In this document: piece after piece, positions 37,237-51,300 of the stretch | Position numbering within the stretch: position 1 is the first letter of the stretch | How the letters are laid out: each line of letters begins with the position of its first letter | NCBI GenBank assembly: GCA_002633005.1 | Contig: NMRA01000210.1 | Location: forward strand, 628,883-692,882 | Direction: 5' to 3' | Length of the DNA stretch: 64,000 nt | DNA from: Phoronis australis | Lineage: Eukaryota; Animalia; Phoronida | Notes under the pieces: model-generated | What the model was told of the DNA's origin: nothing | What the model saw: only the letters and a program-made list of their open reading frames with translations | Database searches by the model: none | Program-made: the position numbers and the translations under genes

Positions 37237-39293
37237 GGGGCTATTCGGAAAATCTACAATAACTACAGGGCGTGCGTGTACTAGTGGTGATAGATTAACA
37301 GCCTCGATTTCGCGAGCCCTTTAAATACATGGTGAAATGGCTTGCAGCCGTGCCAACTAAATCTGAGATTGCGTAAAAGGGGTGCTTCTATGAGAGGAAG
37401 TAAGCACGACCTCATACAAAGGCAAGGTTTGTGATTATTTTAACGATTATTCCATGATTATTCTACCGATGCCTGTTAAGTGAGGCACTCGCCGATGTCG
37501 ACTTCGCGGCAGTCAGTCGCCAGCCAGAGTCTGGTTAATCTTTGTATGTTGTGATCTGTGATACGATACTTGACGTGGCAATCGGGATCTTTTCGTACAC
37601 CAAAGCATTATTATTGTTTGGAATGATTTCTAAAAGTTTATCAGTGACAGTTACATCAATCAATGCTGAATGTTTATGATGTCAACTCGATACAGGTTAA
37701 TGAGTTAAGATTACAATCCAATCCCAATGGCAAAGGGTACGTGAGTGATAAATATCCATTGCATTAGACTAGTAATGGTTTACTCCCTATCATATGTCTT
37801 CTGGAAATCTATTACACGTTGAAATGGAAATCTATCACGTCAGTTTTCACGTAACCTTTGGTTTTTAGGTTTGAAGGCTTGTACCGTGCANNNNNNNNNN
37901 NNNNNNNNNNNNNNNNNNNNNNNNNNNNNNNNNNNNNNNNNNNNNNNNNNNNNNNNNNNNNNNNNNNNNNNNNNNNNNNNNNNNNNNNNNNNNNNNNNNN
38001 NNNNNNNNNNNNNNNNNNNNNNNNNNNNNNNNNNNNNNNNNNNNNNNNNNNNNNNNNNNNNNNNNNNNNNNNNNNNNNNNNNNNNNNNNNNNNNNNNNNN
38101 NNNNNNNNNNNNNNNNNNNNNNNNNNNNNNNNNNNNNNNNNNNNNNNNNNNNNNNNNNNNNNNNNNNNNNNNNNNNNNNNNNNNNNNNNNNNNNNNNNNN
38201 NNNNNNNNNNNNNNNNNNNNNNNNNNNNNNNNNNNNNNNNNNNNNNNNNNNNNNNNNNNNNNNNNNNNNNNNNNNNNNNNNNNNNNNNNNNNNNNNNNNN
38301 NNNNNNNNNNNNNNNNNNNNNNNNNNNNNNNNNNNNNNNNNNNNNNNNNNNNNNNNNNNNNNNNNNNNNNNNNNNNNNNNNNNNNNNNNNNNNNNNNNNN
38401 NNNNNNNNNNNNNNNNNNNNNNNNNNNNTTCATGTTTATGTGTAGAAACTAATAACCTTTGTACCCAAGTCTTATTTAATATCTGAATTAAAATATGTGA
38501 AACAGGCTAAAAGTGATTTAACAATGTGTATTTTTCATGACACTTAAAATGTGCTTCTGATCTCAACAAGCAATTTTTTTCCAATGCAATGTTACAACAT
38601 TTACTGAATTAAGGCTTATTCATGTTAATTCGATAACTGAGCTGGTGGTCCTGGGGGTGGGGTCCACGATAAAATAAGGAAACTCACTCATCTAGAGAAT
38701 TTTATTGGAAACAGCATAGTTTTGAAGAGAAACTGCTGTGAAAAAGTCACTCTTGACTTCTGTGCATCACGCACCATACACCTCTTATTTTGGGAGCACT
38801 CCCACCCAGGACAATATAAATATGTGCTGCTAGCCTACCCGGCATCGGGTGAGTTTCCAAAAAGAAACACTTAGTTCCACTCAATAAACCTGTTATTCAG
38901 TGGGGTAACTGGTGGGGATAACATCACCGAACGATGTTGATAGAAACTGATTGCTAAAAACTTACCAAGTAATGTTGTGTAGTCTCCGAATGGAACTGCA
39001 TAGTCACAGAGCACACACGGGGCTTCAGCATACACACACTTTTTGTCAGTTAGTTGACCCCGTTGACCGCAATTGTCCACGAATATAGTAACCTTAGGTC
39101 TTTTGGTAATTTGTGGCCACCTGTCGAAGACTTGCACCAGAGAAATTAGCAGTAATAAGACTTAGCGCGACGACGTATTTTGATAAAAATTCCATCTTTT
39201 ACCAGTTGTTTACATGCAGACAGCCACGCATGCGCAATTCAATCACCACTAGTACAGCAGCGACACCGCGAGGAGAATTCTCCGAATAGACCC
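37237..39293 (-). mobile_element. ISL2EU-type DNA transposon, copy A (spans the assembly gap)
   Basis: AT|ggggctattcgga..tccgaatagaccc|AT; reverse complement of 53255-58416 at both ends. Confidence 0.85.
37891..38428. other. Assembly gap (538 N)
   Basis: Run of N. Confidence 1.
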
Positions 39294-40113
39294 ATTTGGT
39301 TCTGCTTTGAGTTTACTGTGAGAATCTGTACTATTTTTACTTTCGTGCTGTTTTTCTAAAACTATCCTCATCACTTAACATCGACGAGTATTCTACGACA
39401 AGCTAGGTTGTTAGAGAACTCAAATTACGTTGGATTTAGGGATTGTTTAATTTGTAGTAACCTGAAAATCGGGCTGGAGTCGGCAACCCATGCCACAGTG
39501 ACAGTAGTGAGACATTGTTCATAGCAGTGATGACGAGGAATTTTTTCACGGACAGTCAGTGGGTGGGTATATGTTTGAGCACGAGAATAATGAGGCAGAA
39601 TATGCACAGGCTCGACTTGCCAGAGCGTCCCGCGACACACTCCCACTGGATGGTGAAAAGCACCCAAACTGCTTACATCCTGCCGCTGTGACTCCCTCGC
39701 CACACCTGGCACCGTCGAAATAGCTCCAATACTTTAGACAAGTCCACAATAAACGTATCAAAGTTTGGCTCGCCGATCTGTTCATTGGACGACAAACTGT
39801 CCTCGTCACTGTGTGTCGAACTGGGCCTGCATTCACTCCCACTACTCAACATCGCTGCAGGGCTGCTTACAGGCTCTGGGCTAGAGACAACAGCACAGGG
39901 CGAATAACTGCTAGTTCCGGAATTGAACGTTCGGAGGCACGGGTGACAGTAGATGAAGCCTTGCCGCCAGTCACTGTAGTGGCCACAGCTCGCGAGGCTT
40001 CTCGCTTAAAAAACGCACTTCTCGGGGGTGGCGACGGGGCACTGCCGGGAATCAACAGCGACGGTATGGCACCCTTCTTCAGGCGTTGTTTCGAAGGGAC
40101 CTTCATCAATTAA

Positions 40114-41814
40114 AGGAGAATGCCACCCGATTTAATTAGTGTTTTTGCCGTCTTAATCGGTCTATATCCACATCGCCTCGCATACGGTCGACCTTACCTT
40201 GCCAAGAGGTGTCGCGTTAACCTGTGAGGAAGGTGAGAAACGACACTAGCGACGTCAGTGGTTCATATGCAGAGTGAATGCCGCTATGTTGCGGTGCATC
40301 GTTCCCGCTTGTCTGAACTAAGCAGCTGCGAGGAAAGCGGGTATATCGTTTTTCATACTTCCTCGAGAGTCCGAAATGCTTAGGAAGTGGCTCATAGTAG
40401 TGAAGAATGAAATGTACGCTGTAAATAGCAAGTATGAGGCCGTGAAACTTCTCCGTGTCTGTGGCCTGCAGACGTCGACAGTGCCTGACGAATGCAGGCT
40501 TACCAAATAACTCCATACGTTCCTTTGTCTGAGCTTGTTCACGGCGCCTCTCTAGTATTTCTTCGTCACTGTATTCCTGTTCGAATTGATAGCCTGTAAA
40601 ACATAAAGATCCACCTGCGAAGTAGGGACTGATGAGCTCTAGCTCGTCCTCAGTCGGGATTGCGAGTTGCAATGTTGGCGTTTATTACTGAGCATTCTTT
40701 TTCAAAATGAATTGTTCTCACCCTAACCAATACTTATATAAACCTGAAAAAAGTCTGTCTCATTAGATGCAATTTGTAATGCCTTTGGAGTGTTCGTGAG
40801 TGCAAATGATTTGAGAAGCCAGCAATGAATAAATCACTGCGTTACCGCGGTTTTAGGTAAAATAAAACTAATTGACGGGACACCGAGGCCACCTTGTGAG
40901 CTCATGCTAATTTAGTGTTTGCTGGCAGAAAGTGTTGTGAAACAACTAGATTTCCATCCCACGGCCAGGTGTTAGGGGAATCTTTATTTACATTTACATT
41001 TACATTACTCAAATAATGATTGTCAATGTACAACTTCTGCCCCGCTGACGGTGCTGTAGCGGCGGAACACGACCTGACTGAAATTCGCAGCCCTCGACGA
41101 ATAAGTAGATTTGCAGTTTCGTGGCTATAATTCACCAACATAATCAGGTGCACACTTTGGCTCACTAGTATAGTATTTTCTTGACTGGAAGTTTAGTTTC
41201 CACTGAACTTTGGCTGGTTTATGTTCGTGATGTCTGATCAGTTTCCGAGCCACTGGCCGCCGGGATAACGAATCGATCGGCGGCCGGCCGCGACGGGCCT
41301 GATCGGGCTCCGAGCCACTGGCCAGGATAAGAAGCGTTTTGTGTTTAGAACTCAAAAAATCACAAGTCTAAACAACACAGATCTAGGCTCTCCTGTATGT
41401 ATCTCACGGAAAATACTTCCGATTTATCTCCGAACAGACCCCAAACTCCTGCTATGGACCTTATTGGCCTGCCGAACTTTGTAGGCTATGGTGTGTCCAA
41501 ATACCAATAAATCCGTAAGAGTGAAATGAAACAACACGTTTTTATAAGAACTCGGTGTATTTTTAAGGGATTTACATCGAAGTTTGATGATTTATTGGTG
41601 TTAAATGATGACTTCAAGCGATAAGCTGACACCAGTAACCAGTGTTGTGAACTGCTGAACAGACTGCGTGTGAAACCGATGACGTCATTGGATAATTTCA
41701 ACACCTTCGTCTGCCGTCAGGTGTCAGGTAACGCAACCGTACGTGTCGTTATGGAGTAGAACTACTCTATCTAAATTGATACAAATTAGGTTGTTTTTTG
41801 GGTGGCATGCTCCT
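40114..41814 (-). mobile_element. KolX-only Kolobok-type element, copy A
   Basis: TTAA TSD; TIR aggagaatgccaccc / gggtggcatgctcct; minus-strand GYQFEQEYSDEEIL and FTAYISF..RFPRSCLV..SGIHSAY resemble KolX; splits the host THAP domain. Confidence 0.82.
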
Positions 41815-43000
41815 TTAAGAGTACATATCTCTGTCGTAATCTGACGGCAGAAAATGTTTGCCACACACTCGGTAACCCTCCACTGCTTTGGACTTTGCGT
41901 GGACGGGTAACGCTACGTTCTTCACACGAACGAGCCAAATACGGCGAAGTGTGTCATCGTTCGGAAAGCGATGCAAACAGAAGGTACTTTGAAAGCGCGC
42001 GTGAGATGATAATGAGTACATCCTGGCACACAGCAACAGTGTGGCATGTTGACTGACTCGTAAACAAAAGCCAACGACGAACGAACTTTTCACAACCTAG
42101 GTAGAACGATGATTGACTCAACAGCTCTCACAGTCATACAATATGAAAAGAAATTGGCGCGAAATTCTTGCCCCCCAAAACGTCACATCCGGAGTAGAGG
42201 ACGAGTAATTAATTAAATTACGAAAAGATGTAATTAAGTGAAAAATATGTCTGAGATCATCAACGCACCTTATTTTTGCTAAAAATGACATGAAAAAGGG
42301 TTGCCTTCGCCTTTAAGCTATCGGCTATTCCAGGCTGAGCCAATGAACATTCACATTCACCAGATGACGTAACGGGTTCCTAGAGTGGAGTGATTATTTA
42401 ACCACTTGAGCCATTCATTCATGGCCAAATTTGATTCAGATTCTGGCAGACATAGCTTTGGAATCCGGTGCTGTTGCTGTCTTAATGTTGTAGAGTGGTC
42501 TAACCTACATAAATAATGCAAAGAAAAATTGTCGCAGATAGAAGTATCTTGTAACTGAGTGAGACTGACCTGCTAGTGCTGCAGCCAATCTAGTATGGCT
42601 TCGACAGGCTCAAGAGGACCACTAGTGACGTGATGAGAACACAGTTTCATATATAAAACACCGCGCAAGACTAAGTCCGCTTTCGACCTCTGTGGCGTTC
42701 CTCTTTTTGGACCAATCCTGAAAATCTGATGCAGTAAAAACATCCAGCTAAAAATGATGAACTCAGAATTCATTTTCATTACGTCAGTTTTTGAGTTCGT
42801 TATGACGGAGTTAGCCCATTTGTTAAATCTCGAATTTAGTGACGATTTGGGCCGCTGCACCTGGGCTATGTAAATAACGAATGATTTCTGCAGGCAATTC
42901 ACGTTCACAAGATGACGTCACAACTTCCGAGAACAGTGGGTGATTACTTGTACAGTAGTAATAAATGCGGCCACTTTCATGTATGCTGATTGAGTATGCA

Positions 43001-43366
43001 TATGAAGCCAAAAGGTTCTTAAATGAGTAAGTTTCTACGCATTGAAATGTGCTTAATCTACGCGTACTTTTGCTTAATTTCCACATGCGTTTGCTTAATC
43101 TACATGTACTTTATAACCTACGTGTTCTTTTGCTTAATTTACATTTGCTTTTGCTTAATCTACGCGTACTTTTAATCTACGCGCACTTTTATTTAATCTA
43201 CACGTACGTTTAGTTCTGCTCTCAATTAATTAATTTGAGAGCACGGGTACGATTGGACTATATGAACTGGTTAAAACTACGCGTAGATGACGCAATAGTA
43301 CACGGAGATTAAACACACTTCTACGCGCAGAAAGGTGCTCGTTTGAGAACCCTTTGGTGCTTCATA
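43001..43366. mobile_element. MITE with internal tandem array (about 20-bp unit) and central hairpin
   Basis: TIR tatgaagccaaaaggttcttaaatgag / ctcgtttgagaaccctttggtgcttcata; units tgcttaatctacgcgtacttt; palindrome tgctctcaattaattaatttgagagca. Confidence 0.75.
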
Positions 43367-45563
43367 TACATGCAGGCTTAGATTAACTCGCTAACCCGTA
43401 TAAAAACCAGTAAGCGTTAACAACCGACAAGCTCGGAATACCATATTCTCGAGCCACATCGCATAGCCTGATGTGTGAACTCAAGACATCTCGACAATTT
43501 TTACTGCCTTTATAAGTTGCTAGATGAAAACAAAAAAACGAATCGAATGTTAATTTTTTGACCGTGTGGTTCATGATACAGCAAAAATATCACTGAACTC
43601 CCTTTGTCATCAATAATCAATGACAGTGAGAGCAAAGAAATATGTCTGCGAGACGCCACAAGGGACCCGCGAGGGGGTATGCGTCCGCGACTTGGCAGGG
43701 GAACAGCATGTGTCAGAGAAGAGTTTTGTGCGTGGACAGGCCCAGGTCAACAAAACGCGCGTAATCGGTCATGCACAACAAAAAAGTTCGTAGTAAGTGA
43801 ATTTTACCTTTTACCTGCTCAGGCCCGAACCGCACGCGGGTAGGAAGTCTAGGTGCCTTGACGTTGACTTTAACTCTTTCGCGCCATTTTGACGAGTCTA
43901 CCACAAGCACTCACTGATTCGATTTCCATCCTATGCCAAGTTCCAACTGTGTGGTAAGCGCAAACACAAATGGGGACAAGGTCGTGGGATCTGAACGACT
44001 TGCGTATAGTCTCAGACTAATGTAGCAGGGTACGTAACATATAGTAAACGATGATGCCTTCGCCCGCCTCCGGGGATTAAGTGACGCCAGAGGATTGGTC
44101 AGAAGAAACTTCGCCGCCACGATATGGTGAAGGTTAGTGTGTGTACAAGTTATGTACATTTCATCGATTCTACGAGGAGACCGGCGGCTTGTAGAAAATC
44201 TCTTGTCCTGAATAACTAATACAGTAAATCTATTTGAAAGCGATTTTGCAATCTGGTTAAGTAGCCAGAGTACATTTACATTTGTGTCGACTTTTATTTA
44301 GCGCGCGCGAAAACATATCAACATTTGCTTAAATGCAAAAGTCTCAACATTCATCAGGAATGCTCTGGAACTTTTTGAAATAATTTTTCTTAAATTTTTC
44401 TCTTACTGGCACTTGCTCCTAAACTCGCCGTGGGATACAACCTCACACGCAGGCGAATGGGCACGCATATTCGGTAAAACAATGCGGCTGGGCGTATTTG
44501 TATTTGTAAGCAGTTACGCACAGGTTTTGAAACACTCCCAGCACAGTAAAATCCATACTTCCATCACTAGATTTTGGTAATTGGCATTTTCTGCCATTTT
44601 GTGACGATTGCGTCACCGGTAAAACTATATAAATTACTACCGTGATTGTTGATACAATTGCAGACTTAATGTTTACGTCAATCACTGACGTGGCCTTCCA
44701 TTCGCTCTCTCAGATTAATCACGTCACGGCAGATTGACACGCATAGTGTTCTAATATTCGGATTAAAGGATTTTTATTCAATGAAATTACTAACTTTCCG
44801 TTGAGTGTTTTTAATGAAACCATGGCCAAAGACCAAAGTATTAAAATCTAAACACTAATTTATCCATATGCTCTATCATTGTTGTGGTTCTGACGTCAAG
44901 CCGACTTACAAATGTCAAATTTCAGTAGTGGTCCACAATCCACGGTACTCAAAATCTATGACAAAGTGACATTTTTTCTAAAGGTGGGTTAGCAATTAAG
45001 TTAGATTAAATATCAAAGAGTAATGGTGAACAACCCTTTGGGAGATTGAGGTGATGAAGAATTATGGAATGTAAGGAAACTGTCTACATAATAGAAGGAT
45101 ACTACGGTTAATCTTCCCTATTTCCATATTGGGACTACATTTTTCAATATTCGTGGAAAAACGTATCTTAACCTTAACACTGTTACAGTGTGCCAATGAC
45201 ATAACAATGGTGAGGTTAAAATATGATCAAAGGCTCTTAGAATGAAGCTTACACGTGTAACTACACTGGATTATATCCCTGAGGTCACTACGCGTATGTC
45301 AGATAGGCGATAACAGAAGACCCTAGAGTGCACTGCAGTTCGTTTCCGTCCAGGCAAAGCAATGCAGAAGACCACTGCGAGGAAATTGGAAACTTTGCAA
45401 AACGGAATTACAGGACCATTCAGGAATGATAATTTTCTAGATTATCAAATTGCTTACATTTCTTTTCTTTTAGAAGTGGCCTTGAAAACGACGAAATTTC
45501 ACGTAGTTTATAAGAAAGTTGTAGAGTGGACGGTCATAAAACGTAGTTTGGGGATTATTGTCG

Positions 45564-45662
45564 GATGGATGAATTTTTTGAAGTTATTATTATTGTTGGA
45601 TGGGATAGACTTCTTAAAGTTATTATTATTGTTGAATGGGATAAACTTCTTGAAGTTATTAA
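45564..45662. repeat. 36-bp minisatellite, about 3 copies; a 30-bp dimer follows at 45775-45837
   Basis: gatgggatagacttcttaaagttattattattgttg repeated. Confidence 0.85.
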
Positions 45663-46146
45663 CTTTGACCAGAGGTATATAACATCAAGATCATGTGTGT
45701 CTTTTTGACTTTGTAAAGAAATCCCAAATTCTCGCCGTTGCCTGTCAGATATTCGTTGAAATCTCCTGGTTAGCAGTTTGTTTAATCTTAAGATAAATAC
45801 AAGAAGTTTGTTTAATCTTAAGAACAATACAAGAAGTGATACAATTCCTGTCCACAAATCTAAAACATCATGCTGGCAGAAATCGTGGCCTTTGACTTCA
45901 CCAGTTAAATACGCTTAAAATACTCTGCCGTTTATCTTGTGGGTTCAACTTCTTCTAAATACGGTTAGACTACGACCGCGGGGGTTTCAGATTCGCCGAG
46001 ACTGATATAGGAAAATCACTTTTCTTGCCTACAATATGTTAGTATGTACTTGTTCAATGCTGAGCCACCCGTCAAGAAAAAACCTTGATACAAGGATTAG
46101 GGTTCGTCCACCTGTTATTGAAACTACACGTACGTAGGCAAACATA

Positions 46147-47939
46147 CAGAGTGTACCAAAAGTAACTACAGTTTAGTTTGAATGCACACGCAATGTAACT
46201 GGGCCCTTAGATATTCATGCAAATGACTTCAAACGATATTTGAATTTTGCTCGTGTCATTTCTGAGCATTGAAAAGGGAATTAACTCGAAAATTGTTATA
46301 TCCCACTTTCTCCGTGCTAAAAATACACAAAAATATCACCTCATTCATTGACTGAAAAGAACGAACAAAGTTATGAGTGAAGACGAATATGAATTTTATT
46401 ATGATTGCTTAGAAACAGTTAAACTTATTTGAGTTTTTTAATTTCGCTCAAACTGTCCCTACTCAGGAGCCCACATTCCGTCGCTCGGCATCACATTTCG
46501 TTCTTCCCATGTGGCGTTCTTCTTACAGCATTCACCTCTGTGAATTCGTTTTACGTAACTTCTCAATAAACTATTTTCAATTGGTGCTTGGTACTTCAAT
46601 AGCAGGATATGCTTGCCTTAAACAGGCTTTTAAACTATTCCTGACGAAAGTATCAGCTCGCGCGCAACGTCTACTACAGAGATATTCACTTTCCCCTGTA
46701 GGGAATTTTCAGAAAAAGTCACAAAATTCCCGATTTTTGAAATGCACGCTAAAGAAACACTGTGTAGCCACCACATAGTTTCTAATCTCCCTTCCACTTA
46801 CGATAAATGCGCGCATGCGCTCACACTAGTTCGACAAGCAGTTGCCCGACTATATAGATATTAATGGCAGATTATCATGGCTGATCGCACTCTGAATCTG
46901 AATCTGAGGTCGACTGCACAGTATGTGGCATGCTAGTGAAGCAAGTAAATTTCCAAAAATAATTCCAAGTGCATTACAGAATATTCTTGAATACTGCAAT
47001 ATTTTTATAACCAATTTTAACCAGTTAGGACTTGCATCAATTGCCTCTGCTATTTATTTCGCCATTGTTTTGTGTACATCAAATGCCAAAGGTCACATTT
47101 TCCATATAAGGGAAATTTGTAACATCTGTGTCTTTCCATACCAAATTAGGAGAGGTGCTTTGTTTTGTGGAAGAAAAATCGACGAAGTGACGAGCAGCTG
47201 ACAGACCGTTTTTATGAAATTTGATACTAAAAGAAAAATGCTTCGACTTCAACAGAAATTCAAAATTTTACGAACAAACCGTTGAAATACTTTGGTGAAC
47301 AGATTGAACTCTGTCTCAGCGGTAAAGAACCACTTTGACTAATTTATCCTGTTTTTTACGTCCCAGGCTTCTTCAGAGCGTAAATGAGCGGTTTGTATAA
47401 TTGATTTGATATTGGGGTGTCTATGAAGAAAGAATGTTGTCCTCACGAAAACTGCACATGAGGATCTAATCCGGGAATTTTAGGTCATTTGCATAAAACG
47501 AAATTAAACTCCACATTTGCATTATAATCACTCACGACATTCAGATAGCATGTTTCTCCTAGACACTAAATTGGGTACCTTTGCAGTTACGATTGGTAAT
47601 TGAACACTCACCCCAAGAAAATTGAACAAAAGCTACTCTGATGTGTACACCTTCCGAAGTCCATATAAATGACACCTTTATAAATATTTATATTTTTGAA
47701 ATGATTGTACAAGATAAACACCTAATCGCATGGGCGACGCACTCCCACATTTTTCAGTGCTGCGCTACCCATGGTCTAAAGGCGATGCACCACAAGGGGG
47801 GTGGGGAGGCTATAGCCCCAACATTCTTCAGTGCTGCGCCGCCTATGAACCATTACCAGCTATTTACACGAAAATCTGTGTGACCAATTTCGACGTGCAA
47901 GCATTTAAATCACAGTGTCACTACTTTTGGGACACTCTG
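46147..47939. mobile_element. Tc1/mariner-like non-autonomous element with nested inserts, just upstream of the MMP gene
   Basis: TA|cagagtgtaccaaaagta..tacttttgggacactctg|TA; subterminal atgcaaatgac / gtcatttgcat. Confidence 0.7.
46610..47370 (+). repeat. Dispersed repeat, copy 2, nested in a Tc1-like element
   Basis: Collinear with 8860-9330, with an extra insert at about 46810-47085. Confidence 0.7.
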
Positions 47940-48289
47940 TAGAGAACGTGTGAGTAAAACCAAGACTTTCCCATTCTCTCAGAAATGTTTTGTACATGCC
48001 AAGTAGGGTGCGTTCGACTAGGACGGTGACAGAGGGCAATTGAATAAACGACTTGCTGAGTTATTTGACTGCTAAGTTCATTTTGCGAAATTGGGCGTTT
48101 AATCCTTTCGCGCGTCGTGACAAGCTGTCGAGTCACAAAACAGGCGGATTATGAACTTATTTCATTAATCCTATTTGGCAGAGGTCGCCAGTTTATTGAT
48201 TGGTTAATGCCATTCGGTCGTGACCGAAGTTGGGGAAAACATCAACTTACCTAGCGGTCATTAGTGAATGTTCCTGCAAAGCCAAGGGG

Positions 48290-48370
48290 ATGCTTGTGTG
48301 GTGTACTCTGGTGCTGCTAGGCTGCCTCGGCTGTTCTTTAGGAGAGAAGCTTGAAAACCTGAACGTCTTG
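48290..48370 (+). CDS. MMP exon 1 (signal peptide)
   Basis: ATG, hydrophobic stretch, TTG|gtaatt; phase 0 matches exon 2. Confidence 0.75.
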
Positions 48371-51300
48371 GTAATTTTTTACTTTATTGATGGTTCTATA
48401 CTACTCATAAAAACATATGCAGGCTGCTGCCAATAAGGTTTTGATCTTAAGAAGCCTTTCAAATTACTGGACCCGATTTTGGAGAGTGTGGCTGCTAAAT
48501 TCAAACTAAACCGAGTTTTTCGGCTGTAATACATTAAAACGAACCTTGATCTTAGATCAGGGTTATGAAAAATCGCAAAGCCGCATGTCCTTGTATTCTC
48601 TGGCAATCAGATTTTTCAAGGGACTCTTCTTAAAATGTGTTGGCCATGATTTGTTTGTATGATTGATATACGAAAACTTCGCTCTAATTTGATTTTTAGC
48701 CGTTCCAACCGCATAATTTAGTCCTGCAACTGGAACAGGTCGCAACTGTATGAAGGTTTGTGTTAGCGTACATAAATTTATTGATATATTTATTATACCC
48801 GGTGTGCATAACAAAGGTCCCGAGTATCAAAAGTGACCTGGGAAATTTATAAAAAAAATTTAAAAGTTTTATTTTTTGCAAGCTCAGTGTCACTTGATTA
48901 TACTTGTAAAACATCAAACTGATAAGTATTTCCACGAATGATAACGAAAACTGCTTTCCTTTTTGTTGTTCTCAAATTAAACAAGGGAAGTTGCTTGTGG
49001 GAAATATGCGCCACGTTAAACAGCAAAACAGTTGAAATTTGAATAATCCAATTATTCACTAATAATACGTATCGTGATCAGTTCAACATTTTCTTAATTC
49101 CTGAGATTTATTATTACTACATTCATTTATTGATAAACCAACCAATATTTTTCATATAGACGTTCTTCAATGTGTACTTAACTTTATGTTCACCAGTTCC
49201 GAAGATAAAATGAATCTCATTAATGAAAAATAACTAAAATAGAAACAATTCAACTTTGTATGTAAACGTGTCTCTATTAAAAGCTCGTAAAATGAGGAAT
49301 TGTTTGATGTTCACGACTGGCAAAAATTCAGAAGTAAGAGTTGAGAATTCTAAGTCTTGAGGTTAACGTTAAAATTCGTTTTATAGAATTTTTAGCTCAA
49401 ATGAAGCCGAGAGTATCTTGAACTGGGACCACCAGCAACAAAATCGGCAGTTGTAATAATCGCGGAACACTTTGCATCACGTTTTGTTCGCATTTTTGTA
49501 AAAAACCGGGCTGTTGTAGCAAAACGTGGCTGACGTCATAGTTTGTTCCGGTTTTTTACAAAGCCAAAACATTGGTTTGACTCCAAAGCTATTCTTATAG
49601 CCGGCGCATGGAATAGTTCCAAGGCAGAATGTACTACCATGGCCAGCAGTAACTCGAAAAACTTTGTAGTTTATATACATTATGATGTCCAGCTCCTGTT
49701 TCTTGTCAAAAAACGGCTGCGGCTTTCATTTGGGAATTTGTTTTTATTCAATAGTTATGCCTACCTTTTCTATTTTACTAAAAAAAAGTTAAAAACTCAG
49801 TCGTCATCGCTGTTGGCTAAGATTATTGAATTTATACTAGGATTGATGCACCCATCTTTATTAGTTGCATCGTTATTGGTGTACCTTAAAGCGAACGTAA
49901 AAACGTATATCCACGTTGTACTTCCGAAGGTTACCAAGTGCGATAGTCATCAAGTGCGAATTTGACGCTACTCAGTGGTTTGTGTAATCCATGATGTAAT
50001 CAAGCACAGAACAATAAATAATTACCTTCAGCTCCTACTAAAAGAAAACCGAAAATGCCAAACATATTTTGCTATTCGTTTTTTAGTGAAAAGATAAAAT
50101 TCCGGGCCCAGGACAAACAAATTTTGATTTAGGTTTTGGTATTTTAAAAACTTGTGGTTTAATGGATTCGTAGCAGAGCGGGCAACGTGATCTATCACAG
50201 ACAGCATTTCTCACAAGAACGGACCTCCACACTGCCATTATCATAGACCACAAAGCCAGATTTCCCCCATTTCCCATGCAGTGAGGCCATGTAATGATTA
50301 GAGTACGTCGCCATCTGTCAATCCCCGCTATACAAAATAGTCGTCTTCCATCACCAAAGAGTGGTGCCCTGCGAGGTTTGAATATGTGCATCATACAACA
50401 CAGGAAGTGACGGCGACTCCGACAACAATATCATAAATTTGACCTAAGATAACGGTGATTCTTACCAAGTGGCAACAGCGATTGTTCTGTCCACAATGGT
50501 CCTGGGGCCGGTTGCATGAAACAAACCCAATAGGTACTCAACAAAGTTCCTTAAATTTTCAGCGCATTTGCAGACTACTCACTATATGTTATATTTTTGT
50601 TTCATTTTATCTTTATTATTAAGCTCTTCTTTTGTTTGTGAAATTTTAATGAATATAAATTTATTTTTTGAACCGTGATCTCTTATTTTCGATTAAAATA
50701 TATACAAAGCTAAAACGTGACGTAGCAATGAAGGTCAAATGGGAGAAAAGGGATAATCGGTGTTTACGAAAAGACCACAAATGCGCTAAAAATTGAGGAA
50801 AACATAGTTGAGTCCCCACAGGGAATGTTTCATGCAACCGGGCAATGCGGTCTGTTTCGTGAAAAGTGACTAAGTCTGAAGTCCTGAAATTCTGTATTAC
50901 GCTCAACACTTAACTACTTCCGAAGAAATGATTGAGTACCGAAAATACTGATAGCTACTGGTAAACAAGACAAAAAATAAGTTATTGCTAAACTGTGGCG
51001 GGTTAAGAATGGTGTACCAAAGATGTATACACTGGGTAATAGTAAGAGGGAACGTAAATAATGAACATTTTGGCTAATATGATCAAAACCCTGAAGATAT
51101 CTACGTCAGACCTTTTACTGACGTTTTCTCCTTACATTTCAGGGCAAGCTACAGCAATATGGTCACGTGAAAGTCCAAGCAAATGGTATGACCATGTTAG
51201 ATAAGGCTACCCTGACTGGAGCTATCAAAAACTTTCAACACTTCGCCGCCATTAACGAGACGGGTGAACTTGATGCGGCAACACTAAACGCGCTGGTGGC

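Larger units (their letters stand above)
37077..42312 (-). mobile_element. Kolobok-type THAP element (internally deleted), host of two nested insertions
   Basis: TTAA TSD (37073-37076, 42313-42316); TIR of about 160 bp or more starting aggcgaaggcaacc; [35 protein letters not shown]; CxxC..WEC zinc finger at about 39610-39760. Confidence 0.88.

Noticed and set aside
37840-38452. Three ORFs of 193-197 aa
   Set aside because: Artefacts of translating the N-gap.
43049-43212. CRISPR-like periodic repeats (also 45564-45662 and 61850-62025)
   Set aside because: Contiguous tandem units without unique spacers, eukaryotic context, no cas genes.
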